The notes beneath the pieces are model-generated. The model was not told where the DNA came from and made no database searches. It saw only the letters and a program-made list of their open reading frames with translations. The position numbers and the translations under genes are program-made. From Eledone cirrhosa (taxonomy: Eukaryota), in the NCBI GenBank assembly GCA_964016885.1, contig OZ024742.1:64294001-64358000 (forward strand): 64,000 nt of DNA. The letters run 5' to 3'. The first letter of the stretch is position 1. Each line of letters opens with the position of its first letter. This document shows, one piece after another, positions 12,891-27,800 of the stretch.

Positions 12891-15800
12891 GGAACGACTT
12901 TGAAAATGGGTCAAGTGAGTCTGAAACGACATTATAGGAGATTGGGTACTACACCACGATAACATGTCTGCTCACACAGCACTTTCAATTAGAGAATTTC
13001 TGGTGAAGATAAACATTTCCACTCTTTCACATCCTCCCTCCAGCCCAGATCTATCCCCATGTGATTTCTGCCTCTTCCCTAAGTTGAAATCAAAGTTGAA
13101 GGGTAATAATTTTGGTACTGTGGAAAACATACAAAAAATTCCTAATCAAAAATCTAAGGACACTCACTAAAATTACTTCCGGTACTGCTATGATCAATGG
13201 AAAAAGCGTTAGAACCACTGAGTGACTTCTTAGTGGTTATTTCAAAGGAGATAACAGCCACCAGGGTCCTGAATCCTTCATATTACCCATTCTACTACTC
13301 CAAGTATCGAGTACTCTGGTGAGTAATGGTCTAACTGGTTTTTACAGTATCCATTCTTATTTATATATATGACATTGTCCAAAAGAAAGACGAGGGCCAA
13401 TACGAGGCACCAGTGTCATCAAACCATATATATATATATATACACAATATATAATGTTGTTCATGGGAAAAACAAAGACAGACACAGCTTGGCACTAGTA
13501 TTATCACAATTGACACATACACCATAAATACACTGTATACATAGACTGAGAATTAATTGAAAAACAGTGTAATTGAATATAGTGAGAAAATATGAGAATA
13601 GTCAACAACTGAAATGAAGGTCACTTCAACACATCAAGTACACAATAACTTAATCCCATAAATGATAAAACTTTTATTTGCATATTTTCAATAAAATACA
13701 ATATGATTTATAAACAAAATAACAAAAAATAAAAAATACAAAAATCTAAATGAAAATAATATAAGATCAATAAATCATATCAAATTATTGAGATTGTTAA
13801 ACGAATAATCCATGCAAAACAGATGTAAAAGGATGATGATGAGGTACATGAAACTAAGTAATTCTGCTAATCTTTCAGTTACTGAACTAAAAGCTGGGTT
13901 AAACAAATAGAAACTAGAACTCATGTAAACATATTTTGTTATCAATATAACAGAGGATAAATGGTAACAGATTAGCAAACACCATAGCGTTGGACAAAAT
14001 GACTTTTACTATTTCGTTACATTGCAAGTTGAAATCTTTCTACAGTTAACTTTGTCCTTTACCCATCAGCGTCAATGAAATAAGTACCAATCAAGTACTG
14101 GGGTCTATAAAATTAAATATAAATATCCATATGCCCTAAATTTATTAACCTATAATAGAAACTGCTACTACAAAGGAGGTGGAATGACATGTAGAGTGAA
14201 TTTGGACATTTAAGGTAGCTAAGAGAGAAGACAGACGACAGGTATACATAGCTCAGAAAGAGCCTGAAGGAAAAAAAGTTTGCCAATGTTTTGCAATGTG
14301 AGGTTATTTAGGGTAGAGGCAAAGTAGATGAGGTTATATAAGGGACAGTAGAGGGAGGGTAACATGTGTAGAGAACAGACTGATGTTGAGGTTGTAGTAT
14401 ATAGTGGTAAGGTAATATATGTAGAGAACAGACATGTTGAGGTTGTAGTATACAGTGGTAAGGTAACATATGTAGAGAACAGACACATGAGGTTGTAGTA
14501 TACAGTGGTAATGTAATATATGTAGAGAACAGACATGTTGAGGTTGTAGTATACAGTGGTAAGGTAACATATGTAGAGAACAGACACATGTTGAGGTTGT
14601 AGTATACAGTGGTAATGTAATATATGTAGCGTTATGTATCCTGGTGTTACCTACCTCTCTGTATCATAGTACAGAGAGGTAGGTAACACCATCATCACAG
14701 TTTAACGTCTATTTTTCCATGCTTGCATGGGTTAACTAAGTCGCCCACATCATGAAACAAGTCTGGTCAATTGGCCGTACCATACCTTGCCTAGACAAGA
14801 CTGTATTTTGGCTGGGATTTTCACAGCTGGATGCCCTTCCTAACACCAACCACGTTTACTGTGTGGAACATATATTGAGAATAAACAAATGGTAGGTTAT
14901 CATCATTATCCCTGTTTAATGTCCATTTTTCCATGCTAACATGGATTAGATGAGTTGTCCTGTTGTGAGATAAGCCAGATCAGATGACGGTGTCTTGCTC
15001 ATAAAGAACTGTTTCTGGCTAAGTTTCTACTGCTGGATGCCCTCCCTAGCACAAACTACATTTACAGTGTGGACGAGGGGTTGGGATGGATGAGGTGCAT
15101 GTATGTATGGTGGGGATTGGAGAAGTAGGTCTAGGGTAGGGCACTTAGCTGGTGATGTGTAGATTGTTAAGATGTGGGTGAAGGGTGGAGTGGTATGAAA
15201 TAAGTGAAGGGTGGAGTGTTAGGATGTGGGAGGTATATGAAAGGGAGGAAGGGTGTGTGCATACTAGGGTTATGTAGTATATAAAGGTAGGGTGACATAT
15301 ATAGAGAATAAAGGTGATATAACAACCACTTACCCATATTTCTGATGAGGACACATAACATTGTTACATATTCGCAGATGACTTTCTAAATCCTGTTATA
15401 AAGAAATGAAAAGATTACAGTAAACCACTCAAACTCTCCTGGATTAACACTCTTAATATCCTGAAACCACCTTTGGTTTTGGGATAAAAACAGTTCATTT
15501 AAAAATGTTTATATCTAAATTAAAACCTTCCATCATAATTTCATGTAAGAACTTTGTTGTCACGTTCTTATCCCCAACTTCATGAAAAACTTATATCAAA
15601 ATCCTCCAAATTCTTGAGCCCTTCCTCCTCCCAATATTCATAGAAACACATTCAAGATATTTCATGAGAAATTTTGTAATGAAATGGTTGACTGCTATAC
15701 TGTAACATCATCATCATCATCTTCGGTTAACGTCCATCTTCCACGCTAGCATGGGTTAGACGGGAGTTGTCCCACTTGAAGCAAGGTAGGTCGGGTGACC

Positions 15801-18800
15801 GTGTCTCGCTCATATAGGACTATCTGGCAGGTTTTCTATGGCTGGATGCCCTTCCTAACACCAACCACATTTACAGTGTGGAACTGGGAACTTTTTACCA
15901 TGTTACCTACACGGCCACATTACAGCGTGGACTGTTTTTTTTTGTCGTGACACCTACACGATCTCATTTATTTGGACTGGATGTTGTGGTACCAACTTTA
16001 CAGAGAGAGGGTGGTGTTGGTGGGAGTGGGAGGAAAGGGTAGGGGTAGTGGATTGGGGTGTATATTTGGTTAAGAGGTACCTACTGACTGTATGTTTCGC
16101 TTTGTACATAGGCAAGGCGGGTCTTCTGAATTACTGTGTAGCGCCAAAGATCTTGGTCCAGTGATATTGTCTTAGAGAGGTGCAAGTGTGTAAGGTCCGA
16201 ATTTATCAGATCGTCCCAGGTTTTTCTGGGTCTACCTACTCCGTAACTACCATCAATTTTGATCGCCCTGTACTTTTTTATACAGCTGTCGTCTTTCATG
16301 CGCATCACGTGGCCATACCAACATAGTCTTCTCTCAAGTAAACAGCATCTGATCCCTCTTATTCCTAATTTCTCACTTAGTTCATTTATGTTTTGCCGTT
16401 CGTGTATATTACTATTACACATCCAATGGAGCATGCATGCTTCGTTCCTTTCCAGTCTGCGCAGGTCCTTTGCACGTAATGCCCATGTCTCACTGCCATG
16501 TAGCATTGCTGTTCGTATACAAGCATCATACAATCTGCCTTTCATTTTTAGAGAGAAACCTTTTGTGGCCAACAGCGGTATAAGCTCTCTGAACTTTTTC
16601 CATCCTGTTCTGACTCTGGCTACTGTACTTTCAGAACACCCTCCACCACTGCTGATTTCGTCACCCAGGTAATGGAAAGTGTCTACTATTTCTATAAAAC
16701 CATCTGGGCAATAGAAGGAGCTAGTATCCTGTGGACACTTGCTACATATTGCACCTGAGCATCGGCCACATATAAAGTCTACGTTCTTAGATAGTTTACG
16801 TGTGATCCCACTACATCTTTTATGTACCCATACTTTGCATTTGGGACATAAAATTGAATTTCTGCCTACTCCTTTCCTACACACTGAGCATGGCCATTTC
16901 CCTGAGGGTACCTGTGCCTTATTTTCCTTTCTACAAACTAGGACTTTAGTCTTAGACAAGTTAACTTTAAGGCCTTTGTATTCTAGGTCATGCTTCCATG
17001 TTTGGCATTTCTTTTCTAGTTCAGCCATTGATTCAGCTATGAGCGTTAGATCATCTGCGTATAGGAGTTCCCATGGGCAGCCGGTCTTGAACTCCTCTGT
17101 TATAGCCTGAAGGGCAATAATAAATAGCGGGGGGGGGGGGGGGGGGGGGCTAAGGACTGAGCCTTGGTGAACACCAACTTTTACACTAAATTCTTCACAA
17201 TATTCCTTGTTAATTATAACCTTACTGACTGTTTCATTAAACGTAGCTTGTATAGCTCTCACAAGCCATTCATCTACACCTAGTTTTCTAAGAGCCCACC
17301 AGATAATGGAGCGGGGGACTCTGTCAAAGGCTTTCTCCAGGTCTACAAAAGCTAAGTAGAGGGGTTTACTTTTAGCTAGCTACTTCTCTTGTAGTTGTCG
17401 TACAAGGAAAAGAGCGTCTGTGGTAGTTTTACCCGACACAAACCCGAACTGCATTTCATCTAGATCAATTCACTCTCTGATTAGTTGCACTATAACTCTT
17501 TCTGTGACCTTCATGACCTGGTCAACTAACTTATTACCTCTATAGTTTCCTCTATCTAGAGCATCTCCTTTACCCTTGTAGCAGTTAATGATGATGCTGC
17601 TACGCCAGTCTTTTGGTATGACCCCATTCTGTATTACTTAGTTAACTATACGGGTGACCATAGTATGTCCCACCATTCCAGATGCCTTCAACATCTCAGC
17701 AACTATCTCCGAAGGCCCAGCTGCCTTGTCTGTCTTCATATCTTTGATTGCCTTACTTATTATACTACCTTTAACTTGCACCGCTGGTCCTTCTATTGGA
17801 TTGATTTGGGGCAGACTATCTTTTTCCCATTTATTCTCCTCATTTAATAGTCTCTCATAGTGACACTTCCAGGCTATCTTCTTATCAGTATCAGTGAGGG
17901 CAAGTACACCGTTATCATTATGGACACACTTCTCCCCGACAATATCACGGTTTTCCTTGACACATTGTCTAGCAATCCTGAACACCTCACGTTGTAGAAC
18001 ATGCTTGAACTTTCTTTCCTCTGCTTCCCTTTTTACAAGGTACACTTGTCTCCTAGCTTCTCTCCTGGCCACTTGATAGTGCTCTCTACTTCCCCCATCC
18101 TGCCATACTTTCCAAGCCTGCTTTTTGGCCTTGATTGTCTCTTCTACCTTACTGTTCCACCACCAAGTTATTCTCCTCCTGCCAATAGGTTTGCTCCAGC
18201 CACAGATTTCATCCGTTGCTTTCAAGAATTGCCACTGTTCCTCTATATCGCACGTCTCTATTTGCTCTTCCTTATTGTCAAAGGCATAAAGTAATAAGCT
18301 TTTAAATTTGTCACTGGCTATGGGGTCCTTCAACTTCCATATTCTTCTCCTCAAGGTAGGCCTCCTCTGTCGTCGAGTACGTCTATTCCTGACTATGAGG
18401 TCACTAACTACTAGGCTATGTTGGGAGGTGCATTCTTCACGGGGGAGGGATTTAATGTTTACAACAGACACTTTGTCCCGTCTTCTAGTAAGGATATAAT
18501 CTATCTGGCTGGCGTGTTCCCCTGATCTATAGGTGATCAAGTGGTTTTCACATTTTTTGAAGTTTGTGTTACAGATAGTTAGGTTATTGGCGTCACAGAA
18601 TTCCAGGATTCTGAAGCCTTCCTCATTTCTATTTCCAACCCCATAGCCTCCATGGATTCCATCATAGCCATCACTATGTTGTCCAACATGACCGTTTAGA
18701 TCGGCAGCAATAATTAAGTAGTCGCTGTCGGTTATTTGGGAGGTAGTGTGCATTAGCATCTCATAGAACCTGTCCTTTATAACGTCAGGTAGACCAGATT

Positions 18801-21800
18801 GGGGTGCATAAGCAGATATTATTGTCACAGTAGTTCTATTTAGAACTAGCCTTATTTTAATTATTCTGTCATTTACTCTATTTACGTCAATTACCTTATC
18901 TACCCATTTTTCTGCTAACATAATTCCTATACCACCCTGTCCGTTGTCATTTCCCACCCAGAAAAGTTTATAGCATCATTTTTTACCCACGATGAATCTG
19001 GCAGACCCCCCCCCCCCTCTCCACCTAGTCTCTTGAATACAACAAACATCAACTTCTTTACGTTCAAGCATCATGTGTTAATAATTCTACTGTATTGTAG
19101 CTACAGGTTTTAATAGTTTTGTTGTACTGTGGCAACATATTTTAATAATTCTGCTATCCTCTAGCTTCATGTTTGAATAACTCTGCTATACTGTACATAC
19201 ATGTTTTAATAATTTTGCTGTACTCTTGGCTACATGTTTTAATAGTCCCGTTGTACTGTGGTTACATGTTTTAATAATTCTACTGTAGTGTAGCTCTATT
19301 TTAATAATTATGCTGCACTCTGATGGCGGTAGATTGGTAGTATTGGTACAGCGTCGGACAACATGCTTTAAAGCATAAGGTTACGCCCCTTTACAATCTG
19401 AGTTCAAATCCTGCTAAGGTTAACTTTGCCTTTCATCCTTACAGGGTTGATAAAATAAAGTAGCAGTAATGCACTGGGGTCGATTTAATTGACTTTTCCC
19501 CCTCTCAAAATTGTTAGCCTGGTGCCTAAATCAGAAACCAATAATTATGCTGTACTCCAGCTCCATATTTTAATAATTCTGCTGTCAAGTTTCATGCTTG
19601 AATAATTCTACTATACTGTAACTCCAAAATTTTAAGAATTCTGCTGTACTCTAGATATATGCTTTAATAATTCTGCTGTACTGGAGCCACTATGTACATG
19701 CCTTTCTTATGACCTAGGCCCATACAAGAATTAAAAATCAGTACTGCGAATTAATAAACTGTATGCGAGTTATACAACGCTCCCACTACCTACAGTGATG
19801 AGCTGTAGCTATCTTTAATTAGGTGCAATGAGAAAGTAAAATACTAGCAATATTAAAATACTAGAACTTTCAAACAAGAAGTCAGGCTGTGGAGGAGAAT
19901 ATAAAGAATCTATGGGAGACCAACAGTTAGCAACAAAATGTTTAACTACAGACACCAACAGTTAACAACAAAATGTGTGACTAAACACCCACCAACAATT
20001 AGCAACATGATATCTGACTACAAACACCCACCAACAATTAGCAACAATATGTGTGACTACAGATAGCCACAAACAGAAACAAAATGTTATGTGACAACTG
20101 ACAGTCACCAACAGTTAGCAACTATTTGCCTAACTACAGACACCCATTAACAGTTAGCAACAATGAACAACCACCAACAGTTAAATAATAATAATAATAA
20201 TGAAATTATTGTGTACAGTGCTCAGGTGCACTACAACTCATCAAAGGTGCATGTATAGTACATAGAATAATGTACAAATGTCAGGAAAATGAACAGTGTC
20301 TAAGTCATGATATAATAATAATAATAATAATGAAATATTGTGTACAGTGCCCAGGTGCACCACAACTCATCAAAAAAGTGCATGTACAGTACATAGGGCA
20401 ATGCACAAACATCAGTAAAATGAACAGTGCACGAGTCATGATACACACGTGTGCATGTGTATGGAAGGGGTACATCAGGTGTAGTTTTGGCGTATTTCGG
20501 GAAGCATGAGTGTCTTAAAGGATGCAGTGTCTCGGCAGCTAACAACTGACGCAGGCAGTTTGTTCCATGCTTCAGCAACTCTAAGCATGAAAAAATGTTT
20601 CTGAAAGTCATGGGAGCTGTGCTGTTTTCTGATTTTGTAGGCATGTCCACGTGTGTTAGACACATGGAGATCAAAAAGGTGCTTAGGGTTGTTGTTGGTG
20701 AGATGGTTAATAACTTTGTGGGTGTTTACCAAGTCCATTGCCAGACGTCGGAGCTTCAATGAATCCATGCCCAGGGAAGCAAGGCGTTCAGAGTATGGTA
20801 GGTGTCTGATGGAGGGTATGCGCTTGGTTGCACGTCTCTGAACAGTTTCCAGGAGGTCAATGTTCTAAGCAAGATAGGGGTTCCAGACTGATGATGCGAA
20901 TTCCAAGTGTGGTCGTACCATAGCTGTATACAGTTTTAAATAGATGGCTGGAGAGCGGCTAACAAAGGTCTTGCTGAGTGATGCCAAGACACCCTCGGCC
21001 TTCTTGACAATAGAAACTAGCTGTCTGACTACAGATAGCCACCAAGAGTTAGCAACAAATTTTCTAACTATAGATAACCACCAAGCCAATGTGAAACTAA
21101 AAGTTATGACACTGACAGGTTTTAAGATAATATAGATTTGGTTTTATAGATTTTGCCCCCCCCCCCTCCCACACTAACATCTGTTGACATGTGAAATAAT
21201 AAATTTGACCATCAAATAACGGTGTACTTGATGACTTTAAACTAAATGACACAGTTTGAATGGCCTACATTCTGCTGACTAGCTTATTTTGAAATATCAT
21301 CATCAACATCAATAATACAATGTACCATATATTTTAAATATAGGTTTTATAGCTCTAGTATACAAGTTGCATGCTGGCTTTTCTCATTGTATTTTCATAG
21401 AAAAAGGTGCAACTATACACGAGCATATATAGCAATTTATAATAGCTGACTGGAGAAGAGTATTGTGGTAGGCAGCTCTCTTGTGTAATTGGCAATTAAT
21501 CCACCAGGTGTTCAATCAATTGATAAGGAAGGGGCTCAAGTCCAGTCTCCATCTTGAATCACTGACACTCAACATATCTAATATCACATTAAACATTTTA
21601 GCTACTAACTCTTTCATTATCATATTTCTAATGAAACACACTGCTGATAATTTTCAAATAATTTTGAAAATAATCAAAAATTTGGAGGGGTTTATTAATG
21701 TAACTAACTTTCTCATTACTAAGTTGATGTTTAGAACATAACAAAAGTTCTTACATAAAATTATGACGGAAGGTTTTTAGATCAGTATAAACACTTTAAA

Positions 21801-24800
21801 TAATAATAATAATGAAATGATTGTGTAAAGTGCTCAGGTGCACTACAACTCGTCAAAGTTGTATGTATAGTACATAGAATAATATACAAATGTCAGGGAA
21901 GTGAATAGTGTATGAGTCATGATATACATGTGTGTATGTGTATAAAGAGGGAACATTAGGTGTAGTGTTGGCGAATCTCGGGAAGCATGGAGGTTTTAAA
22001 GGATGCAGTGTCTCGACAGCTAACAACTGATGCAGGTAGTTTGTTCCATGCTTCAGCAACTCTGAGCGTGAAAAAAATGTTTCTTAACCTATTTTTAATG
22101 AAACACTACCAATAATTTTCAAACAATTTTGAAAATACTCAAGTATTTGGAGGCATTTAGTAATATAACTAACTCTCTCATGACTAAGTTGGTGTTTGGA
22201 ATATGATTTAACAAAAGTTGTTATATAAAATTATGATGGAAGGTTTTTAGATAAATATAAACACTATAATAAAAAAAAAGCTGTCTTGTAGAACCAAGTG
22301 TGATTTCAGGCAGTTTGGTATCAAAAGGGATAAGTTATATTTTTAAAGTGGGAACAAAGAGTGATGGAGTGAAGTTGTTGTTTTTTTTAAAAACCTTTTT
22401 CAGAGCAACACTGCCTCATCCCATGCAAAAGTGAAAAATATAATCTAATTAAATTAAAATGAAAACACTGGATGAGAGAGAGAGAGAGAGAGAGAGTAAT
22501 GGGAAAAATAAATGTAAATCATGAACAAAAATGCTTAAATCAATAAAAATTACATGGTAAGAAGTTGTGTGAGAAGGAGGCTAACAGACATAGGAGGGTG
22601 GGTTGAAAGGTTCATAAGCTGACTATCAAGAAATGATGCTAGAGCTGTGAAATCTTGCATGCATTAATTTTAGCTCTTATTAATAACTGTATTGTTGAAA
22701 AATACATCTCATTTAGTCATTCCATGAAAGTATCTTGGTTAGTCTATGAACTTTTCAGTCAACCCTTGAATGTGCCACCATGGTAGTATTGTGTGCAGTG
22801 CTACACTGCCAAACTTTGTTTATCACAGTCAAGTGATTTGGGGATATAATTCAGTGCATTGTACCAATATTTTTCATTTTACACTTTATGGTGTGATGAT
22901 AAAATGCACCAGTACACTCTGTAAAGTGGTAGTGCTCTGCACCATACACATTCTGTAAAGTGGTAGTACTGGTGTCATGATAAAATGCATCCAGCCAACA
23001 GTGTAAAGTGATAGTGTTGGTGTCACAATAAAATACACCCAGCCAATACTTCTTCATTAAGATTCGCTCCAGGTACCATTACTACGACCCCAACCACCAT
23101 TGCAACACTTAAGTGTTTGTCCAGCTACCACCATAAGCACCATTAAATGACTGACAAAGCTACACAATTGTTCAACCAGGTGATTGAGATAAGATGAGAA
23201 TATGTAAAGATGGTGTAATCCTAAACCCAAGTCACAGTTGTCTGATAACAAGGGTAAACACATAAAACAAAAATATTTAAGATAAATTACAAATCTTTAT
23301 GATGGATACTTCGCGAATACAAGCAGCCGAAATGGGATTCCTCTGAAGGGTCTTTGGAGTAATGTTATTAAATAAAGTGCATCGCTCAGAGAGTCACTCC
23401 GGGTAGAGTCACTACTTCTCCAAATTGAGAGATCATAGTTCCGATATTATAGGCATGTGGTTAGAATGACTCAGGAAAGAATCGCTGGACAGATTTTACG
23501 GGCAAAACCAACTAGTAGGAGACCCAGGGGTAGACCCCGAGCAAGATGGTTAGATAACATCCATGAGCTTGGCTGGTCATGCTTGAGGATCCAGCCGGAT
23601 CAGTTGGAGATGGTTGCTTCTAACAGGACCCACTGGAAGCAATGTTTGACCCTCTAAGAAATAAGTGGACAAAGAAGAAGACTTGCGTTGGTACTTGTGT
23701 CAGCATTCACACAGGATGGGAATTAGTGTAAGCTGCCCATATTGTCAGCCAGTCACAATTCCAATAGCAGATGCAATATATGTGAGAATGAAACATTAAG
23801 TTGAAATCCGACTTGATCATGCTAATCCACATTTTCATTTGAAGACACCCATGCATTGCACATCATATATGTGAAGACCAGACATTAGCTTGAGTTCCAA
23901 CTTGATCATGCCAATCCATGTTTTCAACTGTCTGCCTCACCATTTGCACCATCCTGGAAGATTGCATTGTGGATGAGTTCACCTCATCGAATGTGGAGTA
24001 TGTGATCAAACCAACTGAAGTGCCTTGGAGGGAATCAGTCTATCAGGGATGACTAATTTCAGAGTTTGGCACAATATATAATGCGCGAACATAGAGGATA
24101 TTTATGATATATAAATTTATATAATAATAATAATTGTTTCTACTTTAGGCACAAGGCCAGCAATTTGGGGAGAGGGGCAAGTCGATTAAATTGACCCCAG
24201 TGCATTAGTGGCGCTTTATCTTATCGACCCTGTAAGGATGAAAGGCAAAGCTACCCTTGGCAGGATTTGAACTCAGAACATAAAGGGCCATGACTCTCTG
24301 CTGTGAAGCATGTTGTCTAACGCTCTACTGATTCTGCCAATCCACTGCCTATAATAATAATAATAATTATATACCTTTTTAAGTAGTGATGGACATCCGA
24401 CATTGTTGGGACATTCTACTGGGACATAGTCACATTCATCTTCATGAACGCTGAAATATGGAGTAACAGACATGTTAAATACAATATGTGAATGGGATAA
24501 ATATGAGTGGTAAATGGTTAAATATAAAGTGTAAATGTTTAAATGAAGTAGAAGATTAAATGTGATGTAGAGAGTTAAATGTGAAGTAAAGGGTTAAATA
24601 TAAAGTAATAGGTTAAATGAGGCAAAGTGTTAAAAATGAAGCAATGGGTTAAATATGAGGCAGAGGGCTATAGTGAAAGAGAGTGGATGAAGTAGATGGA
24701 AGGGAGGGTTACAATGAGAGATAGGGAGATGGGGGGGCTGTAGTGCAAGAGAATAGGAGAAGGTAGATATGGAGGGGATGTACTGTAAGAAGAAAGGTAA

Positions 24801-27800
24801 ATAGATGGGAGTGATGTATATAGTGAGAGAGAGAGAGGAAGAGGTAGATAGATATTTCACCTAATTCAACATCTTCATTAATACCACTACCACCACATGG
24901 CCCTTGGTTGGTAAATTTAATCTGTCACCTGCTTTAATACCACCACCTGGCCCATGGGTGGTAGACTTAATCCTTTAGCATTTACATTACTCTATTTATA
25001 CTATTATATTTTTGTTGTAAAGGCTTTATCTAACATAATATCAAATCCATGAGATTTTGATATTATTTATTTTGAGAACAATACCTTAACATCAGTATCA
25101 GTGGATGGTTACAGCCAGTTTGAACAGAAAGAGGTGAGAGAATTCTGGCCAGATATGGCCAGTTTAAATGCTAAAAGGTTAATCTGTCACCCAGTTTAAT
25201 ACCTCCACCTGGCTCATGGGTAGTAGACTTAATATGTTGCCCAGTTTAAAACCACCACCTGGCCCATGGGTTGTAGACTTAAGCTGTTGCTCAGTTTAAC
25301 ATCACGACCTGGTCCTTGGTTGGTTGACTTAATCTGTCCCTTAATTTCACACCACTACCTAGCCTGAAATGGACTCCACTCCATTGCATGCATATGAGCT
25401 AGGTCACTTTCACCAGTTCCAGAAGTACCTGGAAAATGTCAGGGGTAACTGCCCTTCCTCCTCTAAGATATTAAAGGAGATGTCAAACAGTAAACATTGG
25501 TTTAGATACAAAAACTGACTGATGCAAAGGTGATGGATTTACCGTCGATTGTTTAACTTCACAATAACTGGACATTTTGTTGAGTCAACAACATAGGGTG
25601 ACCCATCTTCACTGGGTTTACATCCGTATTTACAGTGGATCTGGAGTTCTCCTATTTGTTCAGAGACAGCAATGTTGGCAACAACTATCATTAACTTCTG
25701 GTTATCCACAGGACATGTGTCTGCAATAGAGTAAGATAAAGGTCAGCATGTAGTCATAGGGTGGTACTTCAGATGATTGTGTTGGTAGGGTAGTGGGTAA
25801 CCACAGTAGAGATGGTATGGTTAAGTTTGTAGGTAGTGGGTAACCACAGTAGAGATTGTATGGTTAAGTTGGTAAATGATGGGTAACCACTGAAGAGATG
25901 GTATGGTTAAGTTGGTAAGTAGTGGGTAACTACAGGAGGGATGGTATGGTTATGTCAGTAGAGTACTAGGTAACCACAGGAGGCATGGTATGGTTATGTC
26001 AGTAGAGTACTGGGTAACCACAGGGGGAATGGTATAGCTATGCCAGTAGAGTACTAGGTAACCACAGGAGGGATGGTATGGTTATGGTTGGCAGTTGATA
26101 TGCTGACACTGCCTGCTGTGAGCATCACTAAGTTCACCTAGGTATATTGTGAAGAAAGTCCTCAAATGCTAAATTCACCTAGGTCTTTACTGAAGAAAGT
26201 TCTCAATGGTTAAGTCCACCTAGGTCTTTACTAAAGAAAGTCCTCAATAGCTGAGTCCACCTAGGTCTGTAGAGAAAAAGTTCTGAATGGTTAAGTCCAC
26301 CAAGGTCTGTAGTGAAGAAAGTCCTCAATAGCAAAATCCACCTAGGTATTTACTGAAGAAAGTCCTCAATAGCTAAGTCCACCTAGGTCTGTAGTGAAGA
26401 AAGTCCTCAATAGCTAAGACCACTTAGGTCTGTAATGAAGAAAGTCCTCAATAGCTAAGACCACTTAGGTCTGTAGTGAAGAAAGTCCTCAATAGCTAAG
26501 TCCACCTAGGTCTGTAATGAAGAAAGTCCTCAATAGCTAAGACCACTTAGGTCTGTAGTGAAGAAAGTCCTCAATAGCTAAGACCACTTAGCTATTGAGG
26601 ACTTTCTTCACTATAGACCTAAGTGGTCTTAGCTATTGAGGACTTTCTTCACTACAGACCTAGGTGGACTTAGCTATTGAGGACTTTCTTCACTATAGAC
26701 CTAAGTCCACCTAGGTCTGTAGTGAAGAAAGTCCTCAATAGCTAAGTCCACCTAGGTCTGTAGTGAAGAAAGTCCTCAATAGCTAAGTCCACCTAGGTCT
26801 GTAGTGAAGAAAGTCCTCAATAGCTAAGACCACTTAGGTCTGTAGTGAAGAAAATTCTGAATGGCTAAGTCCACCAAGGTCAAAGTAAGTCTTGCAATAG
26901 TTGTAAACAGTCACAAAACAGTAGCAACAGCAGCATAGAATCAATGTGTGGTTTGTTAGTTACCCATTACTGAAATGTAAATAACAACAATAACAACTAT
27001 AGCAACAATAAGAGCAACAGCAATAACAACACCAACAACAGTAAAAGTGAAAGCCACAGCCATATCAACAACAGCATCAATGAGCAGCCATAACAAAAAC
27101 AACCACAAAAGCAACAATAAAAACTACAACAGCAATGACAACAACAATAGCAGCAGCAACAACGTTAACAACAACGATAGCAACAGCAGCAACAACAATA
27201 GCAACAAAAATAACAGCAACAACAGAAAAATTCAATATCTCACCGTCACTATGGTTATTTACACACCTACGACAGTATGTATGCTGTAGGGGAGAAATAA
27301 GAAATAGAAGACAATATTAGATGTTGTCCTAAAGACATTTCAAATATATATATATATACTAGCATAGTAAAAAAAAATAAGATATTGAAGTAAGAAAAAG
27401 GGAAGAAAAGAAGTATGTTCCCCCCCCCCTCTCTCTCTCTCTCTCTCATCTCCTCCACTTTGTCTCGATACATGGCAAAACATAACTTCTGTTACTAACC
27501 AAAATCATGAACAATATATAAAAAGATGATTTCTCACATTTAACTGTAATCATAAATTTACAAGGAAGTACATAAAACTAGCACTGATATATTACTGGTA
27601 TATAGTCTATTAATACTGTGCTGACATTTAGAAACAGAATATACAGGGTTGGAATTAAATATTGGGTGATATTTGATTTATCATCCAGTTAGTCCTGCTG
27701 CTTCAAGCCACTTGATGATGATGGTAATAATAATAATATGATTGTAGATGTAGCCTGCCCCTTCGACACATGAGTGCAAGAAAAGGAGAAGAAGAAAATT

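Noticed and set aside
26125-26882. CRISPR-like palindromic repeats
   Set aside because: No spacers; it is a tandem minisatellite
27047-27320. Asn/Thr-rich ORFs on +
   Set aside because: (CAA)n low-complexity tract antisense to a TRAF7 intron and exon
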